Below, piece by piece: positions 37,450 to 47,439 of a DNA stretch of 64,000 nucleotides; the stretch's first letter is position 1; each line of letters opens with the position of its first letter. Source of the DNA: Thermoplasmatota archaeon (GTDB lineage: Archaea; Thermoplasmatota; Penumbrarchaeia; Penumbrarchaeales; Penumbrarchaeaceae); the NCBI GenBank assembly GCA_048569615.1, contig JBLIRK010000007.1:1174-65173 (forward strand), given 5' to 3'. A program made the translations under genes and the position numbers. The notes under the pieces were generated by a model. The model saw only the letters and a list, made by a program, of their open reading frames with translations, made no database searches and was not told the DNA's origin.

Positions 37450-38046
37450 ATGAGAAAGATACCAATCATCACAACAGCGGCCCTATCGCTCCTACTGATC
37501 GCCCTTGTCCTCCCCCAGGGAGCGAAGGGCGCTGCGGTCGCCGTGGACGAGCAGAGCCTTGCGTACACCCCCGAGACCATCACCAATACCGATGCGGTGA
37601 CAGTGACCGTGGATATCATATTCGTCGATGCGGAGCCGCAGGAGAACGGTGTTGTCCTCCTCTGGAGCCTCTGCACCGATTACATCTGCGAGTCCGCCAA
37701 CGACGCCGTCATGACCGAGGTCTCAAACGGTACATGGTCGGCAACCATCGGACCCTTTCCCGAAGAGAGCGGAACAGGGGATCCCTATGTCGAAGTGAAG
37801 TTCCACGTTGAGGTCACCGCAGATCCGACCGACGGAACGACTGATCCCGTGGAGGCCACATCAGGGGATCCCATCGTACTCGAATTCACCGCCACTGCGG
37901 ATGATGATGACGCGGGAGACGATGACACAACAGATGATGACAGCGATGATGATGACGATGATTCTCCCCTCGGCGCCGAAGTGATTCTGGGAGCCTTGGT
38001 CATCTTCCTGGCGGTTGCCATCATCCACAGAAGGAAAAAGCTCTAG
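37450..38046 (+). CDS. Secreted acidic protein with poly-Asp linker and C-terminal TM/basic anchor
   Basis: Start moved to ATG 37450 (GAGGTG RBS); signal peptide ending AKGA; DDDDAGDDDTTDDDSDDDDDD-SPLG-TM-HRRKKL. Confidence 0.75.
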   Translation: MRKIPIITTAALSLLLIALVLPQGAKGAAVAVDEQSLAYTPETITNTDAVTVTVDIIFVDAEPQENGVVLLWSLCTDYICESANDAVMTEVSNGTWSATIGPFPEESGTGDPYVEVKFHVEVTADPTDGTTDPVEATSGDPIVLEFTATADDDDAGDDDTTDDDSDDDDDDSPLGAEVILGALVIFLAVAIIHRRKKL

Positions 38047-39047
38047 ATCGGAGGGTTCCAGCCGTCCTCGATGACCTGGTAGATCCTCTCCTTGAGGTCT
38101 CCGCTCTCCAGCAAGGAGATCCCTACCTTGCTACCGGGCACGAAGACACCCACACCGTTCGTCTCATCGCTTGAGGTCTTTCTCTCCATTACGGTATCGA
38201 TGGCAAGCTTTCCGGTACCGTCCCCCTCGCTCGCTGCCATGAGTATTGGTCGAATATCACCGAAGTCCTCGAAGACCTGCACAACATCCAGGCTGTAGCA
38301 GTCAAGTGTCGGCGAGATGATACTGGCTGATAGTATTCCCTGGGACCCCGTTACCATCCTTGCCGCCTTATTCAATCCGTAGAGACCCCCTCTCCCGACA
38401 CCGATAAATGCGGCGTTCATGTTCGCATCGGTATTGGGATTACCTTCGGGGTCCTCTCCGTGCACCCAATTGTAGCATACCTGGATGTCGTTCTCGAACC
38501 TCAGGAAGTCCTTATGTCCCATCTCCCTCCAGTCCAGTATATCAACGTCCGGATATATTGACTGGGTGGATTCACCGTGGCCCCTCATGTCCGGTGCCAT
38601 TACATTGTAGCCCATGGACTGGAGCTCCCTGGCGAAATCCTCCCACACAGTCCTGTCCTGGCCTATATCGTGGACGAGATAAATGGTCTCAGATCCGGAT
38701 CCAGGGGCCTGGTAGAAGGTGGCGTTTATGACCACTCCGTCGCTGGCCGCCATGAAGATATCCCTTCTGTCCTCCCTCGCTTCCCCGCTCTTGTCAAGCA
38801 ATGAAATTGTTACCAGGGCGGCGATGATTATCAACAACGCAACCATCACAGCAAAAGCCAATCCGAGAAGCCAGGGCTTCGGTGACTCCCTCGAATAGGA
38901 GAGCTTCTCCTTCCTCTCCCTGGTCTCCTTCAATCTCTTATAGGGGTCCAGACCGGGATGGATCTTCCGGTAGTGCTTAGCCAGGTTCTTCCTGTCGATG
39001 ACCAGCTGACAGTCCGGGCACTCCACTTTCGAAGAGGTTTTGGGCAT
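38043..39047 (-). CDS. C2H2 zinc finger, TM, alpha/beta-hydrolase-fold protein (nucleophile Ser apparently absent)
   Basis: CPDC..KHYRKIH; TM WLLGLAFAVMVALLIIIAALVTI; YLVHDIG, GYNVMAPDMRGHGES; elbow GVGRG instead of GxSxG. Confidence 0.75.
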   Translation of the reverse strand: MPKTSSKVECPDCQLVIDRKNLAKHYRKIHPGLDPYKRLKETRERKEKLSYSRESPKPWLLGLAFAVMVALLIIIAALVTISLLDKSGEAREDRRDIFMAASDGVVINATFYQAPGSGSETIYLVHDIGQDRTVWEDFARELQSMGYNVMAPDMRGHGESTQSIYPDVDILDWREMGHKDFLRFENDIQVCYNWVHGEDPEGNPNTDANMNAAFIGVGRGGLYGLNKAARMVTGSQGILSASIISPTLDCYSLDVVQVFEDFGDIRPILMAASEGDGTGKLAIDTVMERKTSSDETNGVGVFVPGSKVGISLLESGDLKERIYQVIEDGWNPPI

Positions 39048-39107
39048 CTTATCCGTCCTTCATTCATCCTTGGTTATTTATTGTTTTTTTGATTGGGATT
39101 TGAATTG

Positions 39108-40241
39108 TCAGATCCTCGACCGGTACCCGATCAGCAGAGCCATGAGGGCGCTTTCGACGTCCTGCTGGCCGAGGGCTCCCAGCTTGACCGGGTCCATGGA
39201 GCCCAGATATGAGAGCATCCCAGGACTGCCCTTGACCGCAGCCCATAGCTCTCCGGATATCGCAGGGTCCAGACCTTGTTTCCCAGCGGTCTTGATGAAA
39301 TCGTCCTTGCCCACGCCGATCATGCGAAGCAGCGCCTCCCCTTCCATACCGATATCCCCATCCTGTATGGCTACTGCCGGCAGTGACATCAGCTGCCTGG
39401 GCCAGCTGTCATCCCTGGGGTCCATTATGGCAAGCCTTCCCCCCGAGGAGAGCGTTGAGTGCTTGTCGACCGCCTGAACACCTGTGAGGACGAGGAGGTC
39501 GTATCCCGATTCCTCCAGGCAGATATCCCTGTCCTGGCTGCCCTTGGCAAGCCACAGGCATCTCCTCCCGGAATCACGCACCCACTTGGCAACGAGGGTC
39601 CTCTTTCCGGTTCCGGACTCCCCCGCCAGAACTATCGTTTTCTCCTTCCGGAGGAGCTCACCGAGCCTCACCTCCAGCGAGGGCCGGGGTATGTAGCCCG
39701 AAGGTATCTCGGGGGGATTCACGGGCTCCCATCCCTCGGGGATGCATACGCCAACAGCCTCATCGCCCCTGACAGAGCTCGAAAGCCACAGTATATCGCT
39801 CCATGTGAGGGTCTCCTTCTCCAGGGTCAGCATCAGCGAGAGCGGGACCGCCTTGAGAGAAAGCTGCCCGAGCCGGTCGTTTATCCTTCGGACAGAATCC
39901 ACGAACCTGTCCATGTACTCATTCCCGGTCTCGTCCCTCCATCGGAGCTCGTGCTCGTTGACCTTGTGTCTTAATTCCCTGGCAGTCCCGGAGCCGGTCT
40001 GGGTGAGAAAGTAGAGCTTGACCCTCCGGGGGCGTCCCGGAACCCTCCCCATGTCCTCCCTGACCAAGCCGTCGGACATGAGCGGCCGGAGTGTCCTGTG
40101 AACGTGTGTCCTTCCAATCCCGCAGAACGATGAGATCTCGTCCTGATCGGCTCCGCCCCCCGAGACCTCATCCCTTTCGGCCTTGTGCAGAAGATAGACA
40201 AGGACCCTGTCGGCGGAGGAGAAGATCCCCGTGGGGATCAC
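39108..40241 (-). CDS. Winged-HTH protein fused to a degenerate P-loop domain
   Basis: [35 protein letters not shown] (wHTH); GESGTGKRT; GTG start overlaps the pyrG stop (GTGA). Confidence 0.7.
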   Translation of the reverse strand: MIPTGIFSSADRVLVYLLHKAERDEVSGGGADQDEISSFCGIGRTHVHRTLRPLMSDGLVREDMGRVPGRPRRVKLYFLTQTGSGTARELRHKVNEHELRWRDETGNEYMDRFVDSVRRINDRLGQLSLKAVPLSLMLTLEKETLTWSDILWLSSSVRGDEAVGVCIPEGWEPVNPPEIPSGYIPRPSLEVRLGELLRKEKTIVLAGESGTGKRTLVAKWVRDSGRRCLWLAKGSQDRDICLEESGYDLLVLTGVQAVDKHSTLSSGGRLAIMDPRDDSWPRQLMSLPAVAIQDGDIGMEGEALLRMIGVGKDDFIKTAGKQGLDPAISGELWAAVKGSPGMLSYLGSMDPVKLGALGQQDVESALMALLIGYRSRI

Positions 40242-41863
40242 CTCCGTCCCCTGCCGTATTCCTTGGCGGCGCTCACAAGCCCTTTGAAAAGCGGTGCGGG
40301 ATCCTGCGGATGGGAGAGGAACTCGGGGTGGAACTGGCTTCCTATATGATAGCTGTTGGACCGGAGCTCCCCGATCTCCATCTTGATATTGTCTTCGGAC
40401 ACCGCCGAGAATATGAAACCTCCGGATTCGATCCTCTCGATGTAATCGGGATTGATCTCGTAGCGGTGCCGGTGGCGCTCCCAGATCTCGTCCGCTCCGT
40501 AGAGTCCGTAGGCAAGCGTATCCTTCCTCAGTTTTGCCTTCTGTGCTCCCAGCCTCATGGTCGCTCCCATCTGGGTGATCCTCAACTGCTCAGGAAGGAT
40601 ATCGACGACCGGGTGGGGGGTCTCCTTGTCGAACTCAGTGGAGTTGGCGCCTTCGAGGCCGATGACGTTCCGGCAGTACTCGATCACGGCAAGCTGGAGC
40701 CCCAGACAAATTCCCAGGAATGGGATGTTGTTCTCACGTGCGAATCGAATAGCCTCGATCTTGCCCTCGGTACCTCTAACCCCAAAACCACCCGGTACGA
40801 GGATCCCATCGCACCGTGCCAGCTCCTGCTTCATCTGCGTTATGTCGCCTTCCCAGTCGTTTCCCTTCTCCGGGGCATCGATCCATACTATATCGACGTT
40901 GACCCCAACCTCAGCTCCGGAATGCTCGAAGGCCTTGTAATGGGAGATGTAGGAATCCTTCAAACCCGTGTACTTGCCCACCAGGGCGATCCTTATTGTT
41001 TCCCCGGGGGATTCTATCCTGAAAACGAAATCGTTCCAGCTCTCCAGGTCCGTGGGATTCCTCTCCATCCCGAGCCTGTCCCTCACCCTGTCAGTGATAC
41101 CCTGGTCGTGGAGGAGTTTTGGAACGGAATATACCGTACCCACATCGTGGGCTGAGAAAATGGCGCCCACGGGGACATTGCAGAACAGTGCTATCTTCCT
41201 CTTCGTTGATTCCTCGAGGGGCTCCGTGCATCTTCCTACTATGATGTCAGGCTGGATGCCGATGGACCTCAGCTCCTTCACGCTGTGCTGGGTCGGCTTA
41301 GTCTTCTGCTCCCCCACCACCCCCATGATGGGAACCAGGGTGGTGTGAAGAAACATGACGTTCTCATTCCCCTCGTCCATCTGGAACTGCCTGGCAGCCT
41401 CCAGGAAGGGCATGGATTCCATGTCGCCCACGGTCCCTCCGAGCTCGATGAGGCATACATCGGCCCCGGAATCGGAGGCGACCCTCCTTATCGTGTTCTT
41501 GATCTCGTTAACGATATGGGGAATGATCTGGACGGTCTTGCCCAGGTAGTCCCCCCTTCTCTCCTTGTCAATGACGGAACGGTATATCTTTCCCGTCGTG
41601 ATGTTGTGGTCCGAGGAGAGATGAACCCCGAGGAACCTCTCGTAGTTGCCGAGGTCCAGGTCCACCTCGCCGCCGTCCTTGAGGACGAAGACCTCACCGT
41701 GTTCATAGGGATTCATCGTCCCCGCATCGCAGTTGAGGTAAGGGTCCACCTTGATGGCGGTGACCTTGAGACCTGAACGTTTGAGAAGGAGTCCGATGGA
41801 GGAAGTGGTGATGCCTTTTCCCAATCCCGATAATACCCCGCCAGAGACGAAGATATATTTCAT
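40238..41863 (-). CDS. pyrG: CTP synthase
   Basis: [64 protein letters not shown]. Start moved to ATG 41863. Confidence 0.98.
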   Translation of the reverse strand: MKYIFVSGGVLSGLGKGITTSSIGLLLKRSGLKVTAIKVDPYLNCDAGTMNPYEHGEVFVLKDGGEVDLDLGNYERFLGVHLSSDHNITTGKIYRSVIDKERRGDYLGKTVQIIPHIVNEIKNTIRRVASDSGADVCLIELGGTVGDMESMPFLEAARQFQMDEGNENVMFLHTTLVPIMGVVGEQKTKPTQHSVKELRSIGIQPDIIVGRCTEPLEESTKRKIALFCNVPVGAIFSAHDVGTVYSVPKLLHDQGITDRVRDRLGMERNPTDLESWNDFVFRIESPGETIRIALVGKYTGLKDSYISHYKAFEHSGAEVGVNVDIVWIDAPEKGNDWEGDITQMKQELARCDGILVPGGFGVRGTEGKIEAIRFARENNIPFLGICLGLQLAVIEYCRNVIGLEGANSTEFDKETPHPVVDILPEQLRITQMGATMRLGAQKAKLRKDTLAYGLYGADEIWERHRHRYEINPDYIERIESGGFIFSAVSEDNIKMEIGELRSNSYHIGSQFHPEFLSHPQDPAPLFKGLVSAAKEYGRGRR

Positions 41864-41934
41864 CACTACCACTTCATAGGGTATGCACACCAGGTACATA
41901 AAGGGTGTCAGGGGCTCGATAAGACTACGGATTC

Positions 41935-43413
41935 TCAGGGGCCTATGATGGTCTCGTCCTTGGGGGAGAGGCGCCCGAGGAATGCATCCATCATCCATTC
42001 CGGTTCGCCCGTTTTCGTCCTCCTGATCCAGAAGGGCATCATCAACCTCTTTGAGCTGATTATCCTGATGGACCCCTTCTTGAAATTGTACTTGATCTCC
42101 CTGTAGATCGTTGACATCAGGGTCTCCCTAACCTTCCTGTCCCTTGCCAGGTTCTTGACCGAGATGGACTTCCTTAGGGACGCCATGGCCGTATTGTAAT
42201 CCTCCTTGGGGTCCGAAAGGACCTTCGGGGGATCCCTGCCGTCCCATTTGTCCGGGTATGTCTGGATCTCCTCGAATAGATTGGGCGGGAGGTCGGTCAC
42301 GGTTCCTCCCAGGCTGTTGAACAGGAAGGTCCCCTCCTGCTTCAGGTCCTCGTTCGTTTCGCTGGATTTGAGCTCGTAATCGGCCCTGATAAGAAGGAAG
42401 GGCAGATAGCTCATATCAAGCTTCTCGTCCTCGGATGATCCCGCCATTGATCTCGCATCTGTCTCAGAATACTTCACGGGGAGCATCACCGATCCCAGCC
42501 ACGGATCGGCCGCTGGTTCCGCCTTCTCCTTCCTTGGGGACTCCTTGTACTCAGGAGCGGCGGACTTGACCTCCTCCTTCCATTCCTCGAATCCCGCCCA
42601 GGGGTCCAGCAGTATTTCGTCAGGGACCCTGTTCGGCTCCTTTTTCCGCTCTTTTTCCTTCCTTTCCTCCTCCCTGGGAGGGGCATCCTCCGGAGGTGTT
42701 TCAACTGGAATTCCAGGCAAGTCGAATAATGGCATCTCCTCCTGGACCTTTTCATCTGGATCGGGCCTCTCCTCGACCTTTTCCGGTGCTTTCTCCATCC
42801 GAGGCTTGGGAGCGGCGGGTGCGGGTATGTCCTCCCAGATGTCCAGCTCCTCTTCTTCCTCGGTATTTCCAAATGATATGTTGTAGACCTTGAAGCCCGC
42901 AGTCTCCTGCTCCTCCACGAGCCTGTGGTATGATCGGAGTTCGGAAACGGGATCGAAGTCGTCCTCCTGGAAGAGGTCCATGATGCTCCCGGACCCCAAC
43001 CTGGTCGATCCGGATGCCTTTTCCTCCTCTTCCAGAACGTGCTCCCCGATGGATATCACAAGTGCCGTTCTGTCCCATACGGCCGCCCCCTCCCTGTCCA
43101 GAAGCTTTTTCACCTTCCCCGGGACCTTGGATGGGGAGATGAAGAGCATTGAGTCAGCGGAATCGTTCATTGCCATGGATACGAACATGTCCGCCTCCCC
43201 TTCCGTCACCTTGTGCCCGGGGACCGAATATCCCACGGACATCTTCGAGCTTCCTTTCCTGAGAAATATGTAGCGGTTGTCCTGGGAGCTCGTTAGGACG
43301 GAATAACCCCTCCCCTTGAATATGGATTCCAGAGTGTCGTGAAGGGACGTCTCATCACCCCGGGGAGGAAAACGGGCTCTGGAGATTAATAGTTTCTTGA
43401 AGGGAGCGCTCAA
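41935..43413 (-). CDS. Hypothetical protein: N-terminal Mrr/restriction-endonuclease-like fold (degenerate), acidic Pro-rich linker, C-terminal domain
   Basis: [44 protein letters not shown] resembles Mrr_cat topology but lacks D and (E/Q)xK residues. Confidence 0.55.
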   Translation of the reverse strand: MSAPFKKLLISRARFPPRGDETSLHDTLESIFKGRGYSVLTSSQDNRYIFLRKGSSKMSVGYSVPGHKVTEGEADMFVSMAMNDSADSMLFISPSKVPGKVKKLLDREGAAVWDRTALVISIGEHVLEEEEKASGSTRLGSGSIMDLFQEDDFDPVSELRSYHRLVEEQETAGFKVYNISFGNTEEEEELDIWEDIPAPAAPKPRMEKAPEKVEERPDPDEKVQEEMPLFDLPGIPVETPPEDAPPREEERKEKERKKEPNRVPDEILLDPWAGFEEWKEEVKSAAPEYKESPRKEKAEPAADPWLGSVMLPVKYSETDARSMAGSSEDEKLDMSYLPFLLIRADYELKSSETNEDLKQEGTFLFNSLGGTVTDLPPNLFEEIQTYPDKWDGRDPPKVLSDPKEDYNTAMASLRKSISVKNLARDRKVRETLMSTIYREIKYNFKKGSIRIISSKRLMMPFWIRRTKTGEPEWMMDAFLGRLSPKDETIIGP

Positions 43414-44912
43414 TCGTCGAGGTGGGAGAGCACGTCCAGCATCTCCTTCTCGACGTCCTTGGGCTTCTTCTTCCCTCCACCGAAGGAGAGCAGGGGAGCG
43501 GTCTTCATTGCTTCCTTCTTCCCGGGCTTGTTCAGGTTCGGTATCTCTATGTCGAAGTCGTCATCCTGCCTCTTGAGGTCTAGGACGGCTGGCTCCCTTC
43601 TCGGAGGCGCATGCTTCGCGGGAGCAGGGGTCGGGAGCTCCTTCATCCTGGTCTCCTGGAAGCGCTTCTTCTCCTGCTCCTGCTTCCTCTTGAACTCCTG
43701 CTTCTCGGCATCGTACTGCGACTTCAAGACCTTCCGCCGCTCCTTCCTCTCCATCCTTCTCCGCTTCCACCTCTCCCTCCTCTCGGGCTTGTTGGCAAAA
43801 TGGTAGAGGGCAATGAAACCGGGGTCCTTGCCCGGCGGTAGTTTCCTCTTCCTCAGTGTCAGGGGATTGACTCCGAAGTTGAAGAAGAACACGGCGAGCA
43901 GGATCCAGAAAACGATGGCCCACATGTACGGGATGTAGACGAAATCGACACCTGTGATCTGGACGAGGAGTCCCTCCTGGTCATATACGAACTCCATCAA
44001 GTAGTCATTGTCCTGGACGTTGTACTTGGAGAAATAGGAGTTGAGATGGACAGGGATTATTATCGTCTCACCATGGAGCTTGGCCTGGAAGGTCCTGGGC
44101 GAGGTTATCTTTATGGTGGTGTAGGCGCGCTCCCCCGGTCCGATATCGAGGACGGTCTCCTCCATCTCTATGACCCAACCTCCCTTTGTCAAGGCGTGCA
44201 TGGTGGGGATATCTATCTCAACTCTCTCGTAGCCGTTGCCCTGGTTGAACACACTGCATTTCAACGTGCCCTTGCCTCCGGAAAGCACGGAGAGCATGGG
44301 GGGATCGGTCTCGAACCTGAGCTGGTGGAAGGGTCTGACATTGATATATATGGGATAGTCTGGGATCGCTCCCGTGCTCCGGGAACCTCCCGCTTGGTAC
44401 TTCATCAGCCACTCGCCCTTGACCGTGACCTTGATGAGGTCGTTGGGCCCGGTGGAATACCTCGTGAAGGGAGAGATCCTGACGAATACCTTGACGGCGA
44501 TGGCCTCGTACTTGAATCCGGGCCTGAACTCCCATATCGGCTTGTCGATGGAATGGGTGAGCTCGGGATGCTCGCATTCGGTCCACATCCTCAGAAAAAC
44601 CGCGGTCCTCTCGAACTTGGCCGATCGGTAGATGGACACGTATCCCGAAATATTGGACTGCCCCGGAATCGTGCTCTTGTCCGCCAGATAGGCCTGGGGC
44701 CCCGTCCAAAGGTCAATAACATTGCCGTCCCTCTCGTTTCTCTGGGCTTCGTTCGAGGGCTCGAAGTTGAAGGTGACATTGATGGGCCTTACCGCCCGGG
44801 CGTCCTCGGTAAAGGGGCCGTATAGTACGAGGGTGGCTCCCAGCATGATGACAAGCATTCCCATTACAAGGGGGAGCCTCGTGCGGGATAACTTCCATCT
44901 GCCTTCCAGCAT
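43410..44912 (-). CDS. Membrane protein with extracellular Ig-like domains and basic coiled-coil cytoplasmic tail
   Basis: ATG 44912 after GAGGTG; N-terminal hydrophobic segment; VFNQGNGYE Ig motif; TM YMWAIVFWILLAVFFFNFG; Arg/Lys/Glu-rich tail. Confidence 0.7.
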   Translation of the reverse strand: MLEGRWKLSRTRLPLVMGMLVIMLGATLVLYGPFTEDARAVRPINVTFNFEPSNEAQRNERDGNVIDLWTGPQAYLADKSTIPGQSNISGYVSIYRSAKFERTAVFLRMWTECEHPELTHSIDKPIWEFRPGFKYEAIAVKVFVRISPFTRYSTGPNDLIKVTVKGEWLMKYQAGGSRSTGAIPDYPIYINVRPFHQLRFETDPPMLSVLSGGKGTLKCSVFNQGNGYERVEIDIPTMHALTKGGWVIEMEETVLDIGPGERAYTTIKITSPRTFQAKLHGETIIIPVHLNSYFSKYNVQDNDYLMEFVYDQEGLLVQITGVDFVYIPYMWAIVFWILLAVFFFNFGVNPLTLRKRKLPPGKDPGFIALYHFANKPERRERWKRRRMERKERRKVLKSQYDAEKQEFKRKQEQEKKRFQETRMKELPTPAPAKHAPPRREPAVLDLKRQDDDFDIEIPNLNKPGKKEAMKTAPLLSFGGGKKKPKDVEKEMLDVLSHLDD

Positions 44913-44923
44913 GGTGATGCACC

Positions 44924-45214
44924 TCATCGGTCCTGGGGGGTGTCCACTTCTTCCACTATCTCCTCACCAGCATAGATCGCATCTATGGAGTGGACCGATC
45001 CAGCCATCTCCTCGATGGCCTTTCGGATCTGCACATAGTTGAGATTGAAGCCCTCGACTATCACCTTGATGTTCTCGGTCTCCTGGTCCACCTCATTCAG
45101 GAATATGGAGACTCCCGACACGTGTTTTATGGCTGACAGCTTCTCGGAGTATTCGACTATATCCGGCTTGTGGGGTTTGAGAACATCGAGAACTATTTTC
45201 CTTAGGTTGGTCAA
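44924..45214 (-). CDS. DUF211 family protein
   Basis: RKIVLDVLKPHKP..VDQET..GSVHSID; TTG start after GGAGG. Confidence 0.88.
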   Translation of the reverse strand: MTNLRKIVLDVLKPHKPDIVEYSEKLSAIKHVSGVSIFLNEVDQETENIKVIVEGFNLNYVQIRKAIEEMAGSVHSIDAIYAGEEIVEEVDTPQDR

Positions 45215-45347
45215 CCCTTTGCCTCCCTGTCCGAAATGTATTTGTGTTTATGTTGTGTATTGGGAGGCGCTATATAAAAGGGTTGGGTCAACACCCTAGA
45301 AACTTGAATGACTGGCTCTGGCCAGCAACATGAAGGATTGATGAAGG

Positions 45348-45740
45348 ATGGAGGAAAAGAGACCGTCGTTCATAAGGGCAGCCCTAATCACGATGGGGCT
45401 TTATCTGCTGTCCGTCCCCTTCATCATCATACCTTTGATAGGGCCCATACTCGCGGTCACCTTCGTCCCTTATTTGGCTTCGGCAATGGGCTCCAGGTCG
45501 GCCCATCCCAAGGAGCGGCTCCCTCTTGCTTTCACCTGTGCATTTATATGGTCGGCCATTCAAACCCTTGTCATCATCCTGGTAATGAGCAGGATCGCGG
45601 AGCTCTCCCCAATGGGTTTCAGGCTGGACAGCATTGCAATATGGCTGCTTTTAATGATATGGCTCCTCAACACGCTTTTCACGGTGCTTGGGGCGCTTCA
45701 TCCCTGGAAGGACCCCTTCAAGGGGCCGCAGGAACCGTAA
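45348..45740 (+). CDS. Small multi-TM membrane protein
   Basis: About four hydrophobic segments in 130 aa. Confidence 0.6.
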   Translation: MEEKRPSFIRAALITMGLYLLSVPFIIIPLIGPILAVTFVPYLASAMGSRSAHPKERLPLAFTCAFIWSAIQTLVIILVMSRIAELSPMGFRLDSIAIWLLLMIWLLNTLFTVLGALHPWKDPFKGPQEP

Positions 45741-45744
45741 CGTT

Positions 45745-46932
45745 TCACTGCTGGGGCGGAGGCGTCCGGGGCTGCATCTGCTGACCCTGGGGAGCTGGAG
45801 GCTTCTGCGGCTGGGTCATTTGAGGCTGCTGGTATTGCGGAGCGGGAGCCTGTGCGGGCTGAGGTTGGGCATACTGGACCTGACCAGGTTGCTGTACCGG
45901 TTGAGGTTGTGCATATTTTACCTGGGCAGGCTGCTGAGCAGGCTGTACCTGGCCGCCGGCAGCTGCGGGAGGTTGAGCACGCATCTGCGGCGGCTGCTCC
46001 TCCCATGAAGGAGCGAAGGCCCCCATCTGGGCAACGGCCTTGTCCAGATCCGGATCCTCCTCAGGATAGGCGGCTTCCATGGCCTCTTTCTGCTCCTCGG
46101 AATAGGACTGCCACTGCTGCATCCTCTGCTGCTCCGCCATCTTCTTCCTTGCGGCTTCCCGAAGCATCAGCTGCTGTCTTCTCAGCTCCTTGTCCTCCTC
46201 CATCAGGCGCTCCATGGACCTGTCCGCCTTTCCAACTGCCCCGATCGTAAGAAGTGTCGCCCCGATCAGAAGCACTAGGAGACCAGGTAAAGTGAATACC
46301 CATCCGGATATCCAGCCCTTTCCGCCCCATACGGGCTCTGCAGTGGCCACGGCCCTCATCTCCCCCCACTCGTTTGGCTTTGCCTCGACTATGACCAGGA
46401 CCCGGTCTCCGCGGTCCCCAAGATCCTTTGCGGAATAGATCCAAACGTGGGGCTCCAGATTGACGTTGCTCGTACTGTGGGCGTTTGCCCTGTTGTCAAC
46501 ACCATCCCCGTTTATCTCATAGGCGGTCATCTTCATATAACCGGCGCTGTCGCCCTGCCATCCGGTATCCTCATCGGTGACCTCCTTGGTTATCTCGCCG
46601 AATATCCACTCCTCGCCGCCGGGGACCTCGTAGTGCCATGCATCGTTATAATAGGGCTTGATCGAATCCGGGTTGAAAACTGCCACCATCATGATCATGA
46701 AGATGAGGATCATCAGGAAGAATCCCACGACCGCCGTGATACCTCCCGCCCCAATCAGTAGGGGATTTCTGATTCGCTGGACCTTTACCTTTGACATCTT
46801 CTCCTGGATGTCTTCCTCCGTGATCTCGGGAACCTCCTCCCCCGGAATGAAAACGAGAGGGGATCCGCAGTGTGAGCATTTCTGGATATCGCCGTAGTTG
46901 TTCTTACCGCATTTCGGGCACCGGGTTGCCAT
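45745..46932 (-). CDS. Zinc-ribbon, TM, extracellular domain, TM, Gln/Pro-rich tail protein
   Basis: CPKC..CSHC at the N-terminus; two TMs; tail with QV(K/Q)YAQPQP twice and Q/P/A low complexity. Confidence 0.75.
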   Translation of the reverse strand: MATRCPKCGKNNYGDIQKCSHCGSPLVFIPGEEVPEITEEDIQEKMSKVKVQRIRNPLLIGAGGITAVVGFFLMILIFMIMMVAVFNPDSIKPYYNDAWHYEVPGGEEWIFGEITKEVTDEDTGWQGDSAGYMKMTAYEINGDGVDNRANAHSTSNVNLEPHVWIYSAKDLGDRGDRVLVIVEAKPNEWGEMRAVATAEPVWGGKGWISGWVFTLPGLLVLLIGATLLTIGAVGKADRSMERLMEEDKELRRQQLMLREAARKKMAEQQRMQQWQSYSEEQKEAMEAAYPEEDPDLDKAVAQMGAFAPSWEEQPPQMRAQPPAAAGGQVQPAQQPAQVKYAQPQPVQQPGQVQYAQPQPAQAPAPQYQQPQMTQPQKPPAPQGQQMQPRTPPPQQ

Positions 46933-47026
46933 GTCCACACCCCGACCAGCATAATGCTAATGGATATAATAGATTTCGTCAGGATGGGGCATCGCTCACT
47001 CAAGGAGCCGATCCGAAAAAAAGGTT

Positions 47027-47290
47027 CTACTTTATACTTTCCAGAATGGATGTCGCATTCCATATGAGGGTCCTTGCATGGAGGGGTATGTTCGGATCGT
47101 TTGACAGCTCCTCCAGCGTTGAAACGACGCTTGCGCACCTGAGGTCAAGGGCCTCTCTATTGTCAAAGAGCCTCTCCTTGGAGTCCTTTGCTCCCTTCCT
47201 GATGTTCCTTGGAACGGACGTGTCCTCGGAAAGCATATCGAGGTACGCGGAAACCTGCTCTAGCTTCTTCTCTGTGGAGTGGTCGACCAT
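47027..47290 (-). CDS. UPF0147 family protein
   Basis: DTSVPRNIR..LEELSNDPNIPLHARTLIW..LES; start moved to ATG 47290 after GGAGG. Confidence 0.9.
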   Translation of the reverse strand: MVDHSTEKKLEQVSAYLDMLSEDTSVPRNIRKGAKDSKERLFDNREALDLRCASVVSTLEELSNDPNIPLHARTLIWNATSILESIK

Positions 47291-47439
47291 GATCATTCCT
47301 CCTTTACCCAGCTCTACGGACGGTGCATGTGATTGACGTGCTGTATAAAAACATTTCCACAAAAAGGGTTCCCTGATCAGAGTAATTATTAATAAAAAAA
47401 GGAGAGGGAAGAGTCTCCCTCTCCGCATCTACATTGGCA

